64,000 nt of DNA from Archangium sp. (GCA_047600485.1 JASGKS010000001.1:6912259-6976258); one strand, 5' to 3'; shown: positions 35,677-45,916, counted from the first letter of the stretch. The notes: generated by a model not told the origin, from the sequence alone. Program-made: numbers and translations.

Positions 35677-36745
35677 GGACCTGCCAGAGGTGCGCGAGCG
35701 GCGTGTTGTGCGGCCCTTCCATCAGCACCGTCTTCGCGCCCGGCATGGCGAGCTGCGCGGTGGGCATGTAGCCGTCGCCGTCTTCGAACACGCCCTTCTT
35801 CGGGCCGAGCGTCGGAGTGCCGGTGGTGCCGATGATGGTCACTCCACCGCTGACCTGATTCTTCTGACGGTCCCAGTTGGTGTTGAGGTCGTTGATCATC
35901 TTGCTGCCCACCGCGAGCTCGCGCGCGGCGTCGTCGACGTTCTTGATGGGGTCGCCCACCACGTTGCCGATGTTGCCCAGGTACGTGCCGTGTGACGCGG
36001 GGCCGATCATTACGGTGCGATCGATCTTCGGGCCCTTCGACGGGTCGCGCTGATCCAGATACAGCCGGAAGTCGGTGCCGCCCGCGGAGTGCGTGATGAC
36101 GTCGACGTCACCCGTGCCCGTCGCCTTCGAGATCGCCGCCATCGCGTTCGCAATCTGCGGAGCCTTCAGCGTCGGCGACGCCCACGGGTCTTTGTATTCG
36201 ACCTCGAAAATCTTCGCGCCCTTCACCTCGGCCGCCGTCGCCTCGCGTCCCTGCGAATCGTTGAGGCGGAACTTGTTCTGCTCCGCGACGTAGACGACGA
36301 CCGGACCGTTGGCCTTGTTGCTCGCGAGCTGATCACCCAGCCCGTCGAAGCTCTTCGCCGGCATTGTCAGCCCGGGAATCATCACCACCGGCCGCTTCAA
36401 CACCGGCGGTGCGTTCTTCGGCCCGTACGCCACGCGCTGCGCACCCGTCAGCGCTTCCGGCGCGCCACCCGGCTTCAGCTTGTTGAACACGCGATCCGAC
36501 ATCCAATCCTTGCTGGCATTGAAGAGGTCGATCTTCGGACCCGGCCCCTGCTTGAAGGCGTCGGGCGTCACCGCGTTCTTCAGGTTCTCGAACCCGTTCT
36601 TCAAGTTGTTCAACGGAGCCCACCCGCGCGCCTTCGCCGCAGGAGCAGGAGCAGCAGCAGGAGCCGCGGTCGCCGCAGCCTTCGGAGCCGAAGTCGGAGC
36701 GCTGCGAACCGCCGGACGTGAAGCATCGATGCGCGAGGTAGCCAT
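35630..36745 (-). CDS. Alpha/beta-hydrolase (lipase-like) protein
   Basis: VITHSAGG nucleophile-elbow-like motif with an Ala/Pro-rich N-terminus. Start taken at MATSRID. Confidence 0.55.
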   Translation of the reverse strand: MATSRIDASRPAVRSAPTSAPKAAATAAPAAAPAPAAKARGWAPLNNLKNGFENLKNAVTPDAFKQGPGPKIDLFNASKDWMSDRVFNKLKPGGAPEALTGAQRVAYGPKNAPPVLKRPVVMIPGLTMPAKSFDGLGDQLASNKANGPVVVYVAEQNKFRLNDSQGREATAAEVKGAKIFEVEYKDPWASPTLKAPQIANAMAAISKATGTGDVDVITHSAGGTDFRLYLDQRDPSKGPKIDRTVMIGPASHGTYLGNIGNVVGDPIKNVDDAARELAVGSKMINDLNTNWDRQKNQVSGGVTIIGTTGTPTLGPKKGVFEDGDGYMPTAQLAMPGAKTVLMEGPHNTPLAHLWQVQYSGVVNAAMDVLGK

Positions 36746-36870
36746 GTGCGCATTGTCGTCAGAGGTGCGCTCCGGTTCATCGGCAGAGCGCGACAATCTG
36801 ATGTGCAAACCGCGACATCTCACGCATCGTGGCTCTGCACTCCGACTCACTCTCGAGGGTTTGGCACTCC

Positions 36871-39800
36871 ATGCGTTTCCAGTTCGCCGTCTTCCCGCTC
36901 GCGCTCGCGTTCGCGGTGTCGTTGTCCGCCTGTTCTCCCGCGTCGCAGAAGTGTTCGGCGTCCACCTGTCCCAACGGTTGCTGTGACGCTTCAGGCTCGT
37001 GTCAGGCCGGCTCGTCGGGCCTCGCGTGCGGCGCGGCCGGAGCGATGTGCACGCAATGCCAGCTCGGAGAAATCTGTACCTTCGGACAATGCAGCTCCAT
37101 CACCGGCAACGGCGGTGGCGGCGGCTCGAGCGGCGGCGGTGGCGGAACGGGTGGCGGCTCGACTGGCGGCGGAAGTGCGGGCGGCGGTAGCGCGATGGGC
37201 GGCGGCAGCGCGATGGGCGGCGGCAGCGCGATGGGCGGTGGCAGCGCGATGGGCGGTGGCGGCGGCTCGACTGGTGGCGGCGGCGGCTCGACCGGCGGCG
37301 GCGGCGGAATGCTCGACCCGTGCGCCGGCACGCTGACTCTGTGCGGCACGCGCTGTCTCGATCTCTCCGCTGACCCCGAGAACTGCGGCACCTGCGGCCG
37401 CGTGTGTGGCCAGGGCGAGGTGTGCAACCGCGGCTCGTGCAACGTGCTCCCCAACGACTGCACCATGCAGAGCAACGGCTGCGGCGCGGGCTACTACTGC
37501 GACCCCGTCAGCAAGCACTGCATGACCGGCTGCCGACTCACCACCGACTGCCCGATGGGAGCGACCTGCAGCATGGGCACCTGCTCGTGCGGCCCGGGCC
37601 AACACGCGTGCGGCCAGGAATGCGTGGCTGACGACGCCGCGACCTCGTGCGGCTCCCGCTGCGGAGCGTGCCCGCAACCTGCGCACTCCACCGCGACCTG
37701 CGTCGCCGCCTCGTGCGACTTCACGTGCGCCAGCGGCTACGTGCTCAACAGCGCCATGTGCGTCGACGTCGATGAGTGCGCCACCAACAACGGCGGCTGC
37801 AGCGCGAACGCGGCGTGCACGAACACCGACGGCTCCCGCACCTGCGCGTGCAACGCGGGCTTCACCGGCGACGGAGTGACCTGCACCGACATCAACGAGT
37901 GCGCGAGCAACAACGGCGGCTGCGACGTGAACGCGATGTGCACCAACACCCCGGGCTCGCGCACCTGCACCTGCGCCACCGGCTACACCGGCAACGGCAC
38001 CTCGTGCGTCGACATCGACGAGTGCGCAGCGGGCAACGGTGGCTGCGCGACGAACGCGACCTGCACCAACACTCCGGGCGCGCGCACCTGCGCGTGCAAC
38101 GCGGGCTTCACCGGCAACGGCCTCACGTGCACCGACGTGAACGAGTGCCTCACCAACAACGGCGGCTGCGCGGCGACCACCGCGGGCGGCGTGTGCACCA
38201 ACACTCCGGGCACGCGCACCTGCTCGTGCGCGACGGGCTTCACCGGCGACGGCTTCACCTGCACCGACGTGAACGAGTGCCTCACCAACAACGGCGGCTG
38301 CGCGGCGACCACCGCGGGCGGCGTGTGCACCAACACCGCCGGCTCGCGCACCTGCTCGTGCAACACCGGCTTCACGGGCAACGGCTTCACCTGCACCGAC
38401 ATCAACGAGTGCCTCACCAGCAACGGCGGCTGCGCGGCGACCACCGCGGGCGGCGTGTGCACCAACACCTCGGGCTCGCGCACCTGCTCGTGCAACACCG
38501 GCTTCACCGGCGACGGCTTCACCTGCACCGACGTGAACGAGTGCCTCACCAACAACGGCGGCTGCGCGGCGACGACTGCTGGTGGCGTGTGCACCAACAC
38601 CGTCGGCTCCCGCACTTGCTCATGCAACACCGGCTTCACGGGCAACGGCTTCACCTGCACCGACGTCAACGAGTGCCTCACCAACAACGGCGGCTGCGCG
38701 ACGACGGCGAACGGTGGCGTGTGCACCAACACCGTCGGCTCACGCACCTGCTCGTGCAACACCGGCTTCACCGGCGACGGCTTCACCTGCAGCGACGTCA
38801 ACGAGTGCCTCACCAACAACGGCGGCTGCGCGGCGACCACCAGCGGCGGCGTGTGCACCAACACGCCGGGCTCGCGAAACTGCACCTGCGCCTCGGGCTG
38901 GACGGGGAATGGACTGACCTGCACCGACGTCGACGAGTGCCTCACCAACAACGGCGGCTGCTCGGTGAACGCGACGTGCACCAACACGCCGGGCTCGCGG
39001 AGCTGCGCGTGCAACTCCGGCTACGCGGGCAACGGCATCACCTGCACGCCGAACGGAGACACCTGCGCGGCGCCGGTGACGTTGACGCTCAACACGCCGT
39101 TCTCCGGCTCGACGGTGGGCGCGGTGAACGACTACGCGACGGCGCTCTCGCAGCTGTGCGATGGCGCGACGCTGCCCGGCTCCGACACGGTGCACGTCTT
39201 CACGCCCGCGACGACCGGCTCATTCCGTCTCGGCATCACCGGCTTCGCGGGCATTCGCGTGTGGCTCGCCCCCACCTGTGGAGCGGCAGCGAGCTGCGCG
39301 GGTCTGGCGCCGGAATACAGCTCGAGCACCGCGCTCAACTTCCGCGGCACCGCGGGCGTGCCGGTGTTCATCGTCGTCGATTCAACGAGCAGCCCGGGCG
39401 CGTACACCTTGAACGTCACGTCCATCGCGACGGTGGCGAACGAGACGTGCGCCAACGCGGCACCGCTCACGCTCGGCACGCCGGTGACGGCTTCGCTCAG
39501 CAACGCCATCAACGACGTGACGCTCCTCGCGTCGTGCGCGAGCCCGCCGTACACGCAGCCTGAGCTCGTCTACAGCTTCACGCCGTCGAGCACCGGCAAC
39601 TACGTGCTGCGCGAGACGACCTCGGCCGACGTGGTGATGTGGGTCGGCACCGGCTGCACCGGCACCTGCGTGCTCGAGACCGATGAGCCGGAGTCGATGC
39701 AGGTCGCGCTCACCGCCGGCACGCAATACTTCTTCTTCGTCGAGCCCTACACGACGGCGACCTCGTTCACGATTTCGCTCGATCAAATCGTCACGCCGCC

Positions 39801-41286
39801 CAACGACACCTGCGCCGGAGCCGTCACCCTCCCCGTCTCGACCACCGTGAGCGCCACCACGCTCGGCGCGGCGAACGACTACGCGGGTCCGCTCTCGTCG
39901 GCGTGCTCGTCGATTGCGGTGCCGGGCAATGACGTCGTCTACACGTTCACGCCCGCGACGACCGGCTCGTACTTCGTGACGGTCACCACCAGCAACGGAG
40001 CGACCGACACCTGGGTCAGCACCACGTGCGGCGATTCGAATTCCTGCGTCGCGGTCGAGCCGGCCATCGGTTCCAACTTCGTGTTCCGCGGCACCGCGGG
40101 CGTTCCGGTGTTCCTCACGGTCGATGGAACGTCGGCTACGAGCCCGGCTGACTTCGGCATCTCGGTCGAGCCCATCACGCCGCCGGCGAACGACACGTGC
40201 GCGACTGCGCAGACCATCTCGGTCGGCATGCCCACCAGCGGCACCACCATCGGAGCGGCCGACGACCTCAACCCCGTCACCGCGTGCGGACCGACGCGGC
40301 GCGCGGCCGACGTGGTGTACAGCTTCACGCCTCCGACGACCGGCCCGTACGTGTTCCGCGAGACGACCTCGGCCGACGTGGTGATGTGGGCCTCGAGCGC
40401 GTGCGATGGAACGTGCAGCGGCTACACCGATGAGCCCGAAGAGCTCATCTTCAACGGCACCGCGGGCGTGCCGGTGTTGCTCTTCCTCGAGCCGTACTCG
40501 CAGCGCGCGGCGTTCACCGTCGAAGTGCTCGCGGGCACCGTGCCCACCAACGACACCTGCGCGGCGACGCAGGCGCTCACGCTCGGCACTCCGGCCAACG
40601 GCACCACGTCGTTCGCCAACAACGACTACTCCGGCACGCTCAACACCACGTGCGGCGGGCTGGCGGTGAACGGCCGCGACGTCGTGTTCTCGTTCACGCC
40701 GGCGTCGTCGGGCAACTTCAGCATCGTCACCACCACCACCGGTTGGTCGCCGACGGTCTGGGCCTCGACGGCGTGCGGCGCGACGGCGAGCTGCGTGTCG
40801 GCGCAGTCGAGCACGTTGACGCAGGTGGTGCGTGGCACGGCGGCGACTCCGTTCTTCGTCACCGTCGATGGCACCGACATGACGAACTCCGGCAGCTACA
40901 CGCTCACCGTGAACTCGGTCGTGGCGCCGGTGAACGACACGTGCGCGACGGCCACTCCGTTGACGAACGGCGTCTCGGTGAACTCCACCACCGTCGGCGC
41001 GGTGAACGACGTGCACCCGCTGCCTTCGTGCACCACCAGCACGCGGCGCAACGGAGAGGTGATGTTCAGCTTCGTGCCTCCCACCAGCGGCACGTGGTTC
41101 TTCCACGAGACGAGCGGCTCCGACGTGTTGATGTGGGTTGGCACGGTGTGCGACGGCTCGTGCCTCGCGTACGTCGATGACCCGGAAGACATCGGGCTCA
41201 CGCTGACCGCGGGCGTCACGTACTACCTCTTCGTCGAGCCGTACTCGACGCCGGGTCCCATCACCGTCATCGCGAGCCCGAATTGA
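36871..41286 (+). CDS. Giant lipoprotein: 8-Cys module, poly-Gly linker, 13 cbEGF-like repeats, 8 alternating PPC-like beta-domains
   Basis: Lipobox LALAFAVSLSAC. Repeats of the form D(V/I)(N/D)EC.(T/S)NNGGC...C.NT.GSR.C.C..G(F/Y)TG.G..C. Eight repeats of about 90 aa with NDTCA...DVVY.FTP.TTG.Y. Confidence 0.7.
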   Translation: MRFQFAVFPLALAFAVSLSACSPASQKCSASTCPNGCCDASGSCQAGSSGLACGAAGAMCTQCQLGEICTFGQCSSITGNGGGGGSSGGGGGTGGGSTGGGSAGGGSAMGGGSAMGGGSAMGGGSAMGGGGGSTGGGGGSTGGGGGMLDPCAGTLTLCGTRCLDLSADPENCGTCGRVCGQGEVCNRGSCNVLPNDCTMQSNGCGAGYYCDPVSKHCMTGCRLTTDCPMGATCSMGTCSCGPGQHACGQECVADDAATSCGSRCGACPQPAHSTATCVAASCDFTCASGYVLNSAMCVDVDECATNNGGCSANAACTNTDGSRTCACNAGFTGDGVTCTDINECASNNGGCDVNAMCTNTPGSRTCTCATGYTGNGTSCVDIDECAAGNGGCATNATCTNTPGARTCACNAGFTGNGLTCTDVNECLTNNGGCAATTAGGVCTNTPGTRTCSCATGFTGDGFTCTDVNECLTNNGGCAATTAGGVCTNTAGSRTCSCNTGFTGNGFTCTDINECLTSNGGCAATTAGGVCTNTSGSRTCSCNTGFTGDGFTCTDVNECLTNNGGCAATTAGGVCTNTVGSRTCSCNTGFTGNGFTCTDVNECLTNNGGCATTANGGVCTNTVGSRTCSCNTGFTGDGFTCSDVNECLTNNGGCAATTSGGVCTNTPGSRNCTCASGWTGNGLTCTDVDECLTNNGGCSVNATCTNTPGSRSCACNSGYAGNGITCTPNGDTCAAPVTLTLNTPFSGSTVGAVNDYATALSQLCDGATLPGSDTVHVFTPATTGSFRLGITGFAGIRVWLAPTCGAAASCAGLAPEYSSSTALNFRGTAGVPVFIVVDSTSSPGAYTLNVTSIATVANETCANAAPLTLGTPVTASLSNAINDVTLLASCASPPYTQPELVYSFTPSSTGNYVLRETTSADVVMWVGTGCTGTCVLETDEPESMQVALTAGTQYFFFVEPYTTATSFTISLDQIVTPPNDTCAGAVTLPVSTTVSATTLGAANDYAGPLSSACSSIAVPGNDVVYTFTPATTGSYFVTVTTSNGATDTWVSTTCGDSNSCVAVEPAIGSNFVFRGTAGVPVFLTVDGTSATSPADFGISVEPITPPANDTCATAQTISVGMPTSGTTIGAADDLNPVTACGPTRRAADVVYSFTPPTTGPYVFRETTSADVVMWASSACDGTCSGYTDEPEELIFNGTAGVPVLLFLEPYSQRAAFTVEVLAGTVPTNDTCAATQALTLGTPANGTTSFANNDYSGTLNTTCGGLAVNGRDVVFSFTPASSGNFSIVTTTTGWSPTVWASTACGATASCVSAQSSTLTQVVRGTAATPFFVTVDGTDMTNSGSYTLTVNSVVAPVNDTCATATPLTNGVSVNSTTVGAVNDVHPLPSCTTSTRRNGEVMFSFVPPTSGTWFFHETSGSDVLMWVGTVCDGSCLAYVDDPEDIGLTLTAGVTYYLFVEPYSTPGPITVIASPN
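37183..37254 (+). repeat. In-frame 18-bp tandem repeat x4 (GGCGGYAGCGCGATGGGC, encoding GGSAMG) inside the giant gene
   Basis: Four consecutive near-identical 18-mers. Confidence 0.8.
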
Positions 41287-42455
41287 GCCACAGAGTCTTC
41301 GGTCTTTGCGTGGCGGCGTTGATCAGCACCGGCTGTCCCGGTGTGGTGTCGGGCGACGATGCGGGCAGCATGGTGGACTCGGGAGTCACCGCGATGGACG
41401 GCGGTGACGTCGACGCGGGCACCGGCACCGACGCGGGCCTCACGTTGCCGCAGTGGCGCGTCGGCCTTCCGCTGCTGGAGTGGACCGAAATTCCCAACAC
41501 CAGCGGCGCCGGCGGAGCAGCCATCGACGCCTGGGGCGCGCTCGCCGAGAACAAAGCGACCGGCGAGCTCTACATCGCGGCGTCGGGCGGCCACAGCGAC
41601 AGCGCCGACAACCGCGTGGTGAGCATGAACCTGATGGCCGACGCTCCGACGTGGACGTTGCGACACGCGGCGAGCGCGAACCCGATGACCGACGTTCTCT
41701 ATTACGCCGACGGGTTGCCCACCGCGCGTCACCTGTACGCGCATCTGCACTACCTGCCGTCGATAAACGCGGTGCTGCTCGGTGGTTGTCGCTACGGCTA
41801 CGGCGGTGGCACGCCGACCGGCCCGGGTATGGACGCGTTCGACCTGACGACGAACCAATGGCTGCCGCGCCAGACGCTCGCCGACATCACGCCGTTCAAC
41901 GGCTACGTGGTGGAAATCGACGGCGCGGGTTCAGCGTGGTCCACCTCGGGCAATCGCTTCGTGCCGTCGACCAACACGTGGAGCACGCCAGGCACGGGCC
42001 CGGGCCTCGGCCGTTTTCCGCATGCCACCGCGCCCGCGCGCAATCTCATCTTCAGCCTGCAGTACGGAGACGGTCAGGGCTACGACCTGAACCTCGGCGT
42101 CGTCGCGCGCAAGCTCGACACCACCACGGGAAACTCGGTGGAGATTTCGTTCACGCCGAGCACTGCGCTGACGGAGTTCATCGCCGCGCAGCCGACGTAT
42201 GCGGGCATGGACTTCGACGCGGCGAACGACCGCTTCCTTTTCTACCACGGTGGTGAAACCGGGAAGGTCTACGCCATCACGCCCAACGCGACGAACACGT
42301 GGAGCATCAGCGTGCTGACGACGACTGGCCTGCCGGGGGTCACGCCGACCTCAGGCTCAGGCATCAACAAACGCTTCCGCTATCTGCCCACACTGGACGG
42401 CTTCGTGTTGATGCCGCGTGGTGGGAGCAACTTGTACTTCCTGCGCACACGGTGA
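41283..42455 (+). CDS. Lipoprotein, probable beta-propeller (hypothetical)
   Basis: ATGA overlap with the giant gene's stop. Lipobox ALISTGC. DAGTGTDAG linker. Confidence 0.55.
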   Translation: MSHRVFGLCVAALISTGCPGVVSGDDAGSMVDSGVTAMDGGDVDAGTGTDAGLTLPQWRVGLPLLEWTEIPNTSGAGGAAIDAWGALAENKATGELYIAASGGHSDSADNRVVSMNLMADAPTWTLRHAASANPMTDVLYYADGLPTARHLYAHLHYLPSINAVLLGGCRYGYGGGTPTGPGMDAFDLTTNQWLPRQTLADITPFNGYVVEIDGAGSAWSTSGNRFVPSTNTWSTPGTGPGLGRFPHATAPARNLIFSLQYGDGQGYDLNLGVVARKLDTTTGNSVEISFTPSTALTEFIAAQPTYAGMDFDAANDRFLFYHGGETGKVYAITPNATNTWSISVLTTTGLPGVTPTSGSGINKRFRYLPTLDGFVLMPRGGSNLYFLRTR

Positions 42456-42477
42456 CTTCACGTAGCATTCCGGTGCG

Positions 42478-42924
42478 ATGTCGAACCTGCGCGCAGCGGT
42501 GGTTGGTGAGACGGTGGTGCTCGTCACGAACGCGACGAACCCCGAGCAGGAAGAGTGGGACGCGTACCTCGTGAAGCTCGGCGAGCATCTGAACGCGCGC
42601 GCCGGAAAACCGGGGCGACTCATCGTCTTCGCGGGTGGCGGCACGCCGAGCTCATCGATGCGGCTCGGGCTGCGCAACGTGGTGAAGGAGCGGCCGCTGC
42701 AGACCGCGGTGATTTCTGATTCCGCCGTGGTGCGCGGCATCATCGGCGTGTTCGCGCTGTTCGTGAAAGGCACGAAGCCCTACGGCGTGCGCGATTGGAA
42801 GGCGGCGCTCGAGTACGTCGGCTTTCCGTACGACAAGCTCAACGACCTGGTGAACGAAGTGAAGGCGATGGACTCGCAGATTGGCGGCTGCGTCGCGGTG
42901 GCTGATCTCGTGAAGACGAAATGA
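42478..42924 (+). CDS. Hypothetical protein (148 aa)
   Basis: Open frame with codon bias consistent with coding. Confidence 0.45.
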   Translation: MSNLRAAVVGETVVLVTNATNPEQEEWDAYLVKLGEHLNARAGKPGRLIVFAGGGTPSSSMRLGLRNVVKERPLQTAVISDSAVVRGIIGVFALFVKGTKPYGVRDWKAALEYVGFPYDKLNDLVNEVKAMDSQIGGCVAVADLVKTK

Positions 42925-42939
42925 GCTGACGCGAATCTG

Positions 42940-43707
42940 TTACTCCCACGTTGCGTCGTCGCGCAGCGCCGTTCCGATTTCTTTCACATCACGCGCGGCA
43001 AGCTCGCGAGGCAGTCGTGTGAGGTATTCCACGAGGTCGTCGAGACCAACGACGTGAACGCCGTCAGGTTCGCGCGTACCTCGGACATCTGCGAGAAAAA
43101 CCAGGACGGGTTGAATCCAGGTTCTCAAGCCGACTTCGGACAGACGCGCGTTGATCTCTCGCGCCTGCTCCTGAACCTGCTCCGCCATGTCGCTCTTTCG
43201 CCCGTCGACAACGATGCCGCGCTTGCTCGTCTTCACGTCGCCGCTTCGAAATTTGGTATCGAGCACGAACGCGCCGGGCGGGCCAACGACGACATGATCA
43301 GCGTTCCAGCGTCGCCCAATCATGCGGTCGTGCACCACGACCCACTGGCTCCCCAATTTCGCCAGCTCTCGACCAACGGCTTCTTCAGACTCGGCGCCGA
43401 CGCGCCATGAACGATCCGGAGAACTGACGAGTCCGCCTGTCACTCTGCTGAGAAAGCTGCGGACAGGGTTCTGCTTCGCAAGCGCATCTGCGATGTCGCG
43501 CGCGCCTTGCCCAGCCTTGCGATTACTCGACTCCGTGAGGGCGGCACATTTCGAGCACAGCGAGAGTTCTGCTTCGGTAAGCGCGCCGCAATTCTCGCAA
43601 CGCCCGAGTTGTCCGTTCTGTTGCGCACTCCAGTGCGGCTTGCACAGCGTGTGACCCTTCTTGTTGATCTCCCGCTTGCACCCATCCACCGCACACGAAC
43701 TCGCCAT
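42940..43707 (-). CDS. NERD-domain protein with N-terminal Cys4 zinc ribbons
   Basis: CAVDGCKREINKKGHTLCKPHW and CENCGALTEAELSLCSKC, followed by a NERD-like core (VVVHDR...HVVVGPPGAFVLDTK). Confidence 0.55.
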   Translation of the reverse strand: MASSCAVDGCKREINKKGHTLCKPHWSAQQNGQLGRCENCGALTEAELSLCSKCAALTESSNRKAGQGARDIADALAKQNPVRSFLSRVTGGLVSSPDRSWRVGAESEEAVGRELAKLGSQWVVVHDRMIGRRWNADHVVVGPPGAFVLDTKFRSGDVKTSKRGIVVDGRKSDMAEQVQEQAREINARLSEVGLRTWIQPVLVFLADVRGTREPDGVHVVGLDDLVEYLTRLPRELAARDVKEIGTALRDDATWE

Positions 43708-43754
43708 CGCTCAACGATAGCGAGATCGAACCGATAGGCCACGGAGCGCAAGAC

Positions 43755-44816
43755 TCAGTCCGCGGAGTGCTCACGGAACGTGCCGGGGGTGACACCAGTC
43801 CAAGTGCGGAACGCGCGCACGAACGCGGCACTGTCGGCGTAACCCACCTGCTCAGCCACTTCCGCGAGAGGCTGGTCGGTGTGCCCGAGCAATCGCTCCG
43901 CCTGCGCGCGACGCACTTCGTTGAGCAGCGCGGCGAACGAGCCGCCATTTTCTTCGAGCCGACGCTGCAGCGTGCGCGGAGTGACGTGCAGCCGCTTCGC
44001 CACCTTCGCGAGCGTCGCACCACCATCAGGCAAGAGCTCGATGACCGCTCCGCGAGCGCGCTCGTACGCGTCGTCGACGTCACCACAGCGCTCGAGCACC
44101 GCCGCGCCATGCATCTCGAGCGCGCGATTGAGCTCGGCGTCTGAGCCCGTCGGCACGCGCTCCAGCGTCTTCGCTGAGAACGAGATGCCGTTGCTCGCTC
44201 GCCCGAACGCGATGTGTTTGGTGCCCAGGAACTTCGCCACCTCATCCGGACAGCTCTTCTCGTCGTGCGCAAACCACGCGCGCACCGGCAGCACGTCGTC
44301 GCCCATCATCTCGCGCGCAATCTGCAGAATGCGCGTCACCGTGAAGAGGTTGCCCTGCCGCCCCACGCCACCCTTCTTCGGAGCGCGGTGGTGCAACGCC
44401 ACCTCGTCGCCATCGACCTCGAGACTCCAGCGCACCAGCGGGTTGATGAGCGCTCCGTAACGCGCCAGCTGCTCCATCGCGATGCGGCCCGTCGGCGCGG
44501 AGCGCAGCCCGAACTCCAGCAGCCCATACGCGCCGCGCGACATGCCGAGCGCGCAGTGCAGACCGAACAACGGGTCGCCGAGCAGCTTCGAAGCATCGGC
44601 GAGCAACGCACCCAATTCGTCGAGGCTCACTTCGGGCGCCGCGATGCCATCGGCGGTGCGCACGTGCAGGTACTTCTTCTCGAGCGACTTCGGGTCCTTC
44701 CCGCTCATGCGCGCGTACGTGAGGACGTACGGAACGAGTGCACTGGTGAAGCGCTTCGCCTTGAGCGGTCGAGCCATGCGGTGGCGCACGATGCCACATC
44801 GACGGTCAGGGACCAC
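43755..44816 (-). CDS. AraC-family transcriptional regulator
   Basis: C-terminal double HTH (AKRLHVTPRTLQRRLEE...GYADSAAFVRAFRTWTGVTPGTFR). Start may be the internal M at 44777. Confidence 0.7.
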   Translation of the reverse strand: MVPDRRCGIVRHRMARPLKAKRFTSALVPYVLTYARMSGKDPKSLEKKYLHVRTADGIAAPEVSLDELGALLADASKLLGDPLFGLHCALGMSRGAYGLLEFGLRSAPTGRIAMEQLARYGALINPLVRWSLEVDGDEVALHHRAPKKGGVGRQGNLFTVTRILQIAREMMGDDVLPVRAWFAHDEKSCPDEVAKFLGTKHIAFGRASNGISFSAKTLERVPTGSDAELNRALEMHGAAVLERCGDVDDAYERARGAVIELLPDGGATLAKVAKRLHVTPRTLQRRLEENGGSFAALLNEVRRAQAERLLGHTDQPLAEVAEQVGYADSAAFVRAFRTWTGVTPGTFREHSAD

Positions 44817-44879
44817 GAGGCTGATCAGTCCGCACGCGCGACTCGCTTAAGAGTCCATTTGACTTGATTCAACGACACC

Positions 44880-45659
44880 ATGCGACTCGATCATCCCGAC
44901 ACCCATCTCTTCGTGCTCACCGGCGCCGGCGTCTCGGCCGAGAGCGGCATCCCCACCTTCCGCGGCAGCGGCGGTGTGTGGAACGGCGAGTCGGTCGCGC
45001 GTGTGGCTTCGCTCAGCGGTTTCGTGCACGACCCCGCGCGCGTGTGGCGCTTCTATTCGGAGCGACGCGCCGCCGCCAGCGCGAAACCGAACGCCGCGCA
45101 CTACGCGCTCGCAGAAGTCGAACGTCGCCTCGGCGACCGCATGCTCCTCGTCACGCAGAACATCGACGGCCTGCACGCCGCGGCCGGCAGCACGCAGCTG
45201 CTCGAGCTGCACGGCAATCTCTTCAAGTCGCGCTGCTCACGCTGCGAGCGCGAGCCGTTCGACGACGCCGCCAGCTACGAGGCGCAGCGACTGCCTGCCT
45301 GCGGTCGCTGTCACGCGCGCGGTGAGTTCGCGCTCCTGCGTCCGCACGTGGTGTGGTTCGGAGAGCGCATCGCGCGCGCCGACCTGGAGCGCATCGAAGC
45401 CTTCATGCGCCGCGCCTCGACCTCGAAGCACTTCGTGTTCCTGGCCGCCGGCACCAGCGGGCTCGTCGCGCCGTCAGCGCAGCTCGTCGACGCCGCGCGC
45501 TCGCTCGGAGCAGACACCTGGCTCGTCAACGCCGACACGCCCGCCAACGCGGCGAGCTTCCACCACGTGGTGCTCGGCAACGCGTCGACCGAGCTGCCGA
45601 AGCTACTGGCACTTCCCGCCAGCGGTGCCGGTCGGGCTGCTGGCGACGCACATCTGTGA
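44880..45659 (+). CDS. cobB: NAD-dependent protein deacylase (Sir2/CobB family)
   Basis: GAGVSAESGIPTFRG, TQNIDGLH, and Zn-binding CxxC...CxxC. Confidence 0.75.
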   Translation: MRLDHPDTHLFVLTGAGVSAESGIPTFRGSGGVWNGESVARVASLSGFVHDPARVWRFYSERRAAASAKPNAAHYALAEVERRLGDRMLLVTQNIDGLHAAAGSTQLLELHGNLFKSRCSRCEREPFDDAASYEAQRLPACGRCHARGEFALLRPHVVWFGERIARADLERIEAFMRRASTSKHFVFLAAGTSGLVAPSAQLVDAARSLGADTWLVNADTPANAASFHHVVLGNASTELPKLLALPASGAGRAAGDAHL

Positions 45660-45842
45660 GCCCGGACACGCGACACAATCGGCGCCGTCGTGACCACACA
45701 CCGCGGTGTCGCGGCCCGTCACGCACTTGCCGCTCGTCGGGTCGCAGCACCCGTCGCAGTTCGCGGTGCTGCACGTCGTCGAAGGGCCGCAGCCGGTGAT
45801 GAGGCTTCCTGCCACGAGAACGATGAAGAGGAATGAGCGCAT
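45603..45842 (-). CDS. Small lipoprotein consisting of a single 8-Cys module
   Basis: MRSFLFIVLVAGSLITGC followed by CSTANCDGCCDPTSGKCVTGRDTAVCGHDGADCVACPGSQMC. Its 3' end overlaps the cobB 3' end (convergent). Confidence 0.5.
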   Translation of the reverse strand: MRSFLFIVLVAGSLITGCGPSTTCSTANCDGCCDPTSGKCVTGRDTAVCGHDGADCVACPGSQMCVASSPTGTAGGKCQ

Positions 45843-45916
45843 CACGCGGCGGTAGCAGAGCCGCTCACGCGCACAACGCTCGCGCACTGCAGTGAGGAAT
45901 CACGCCTCGACCGAGC

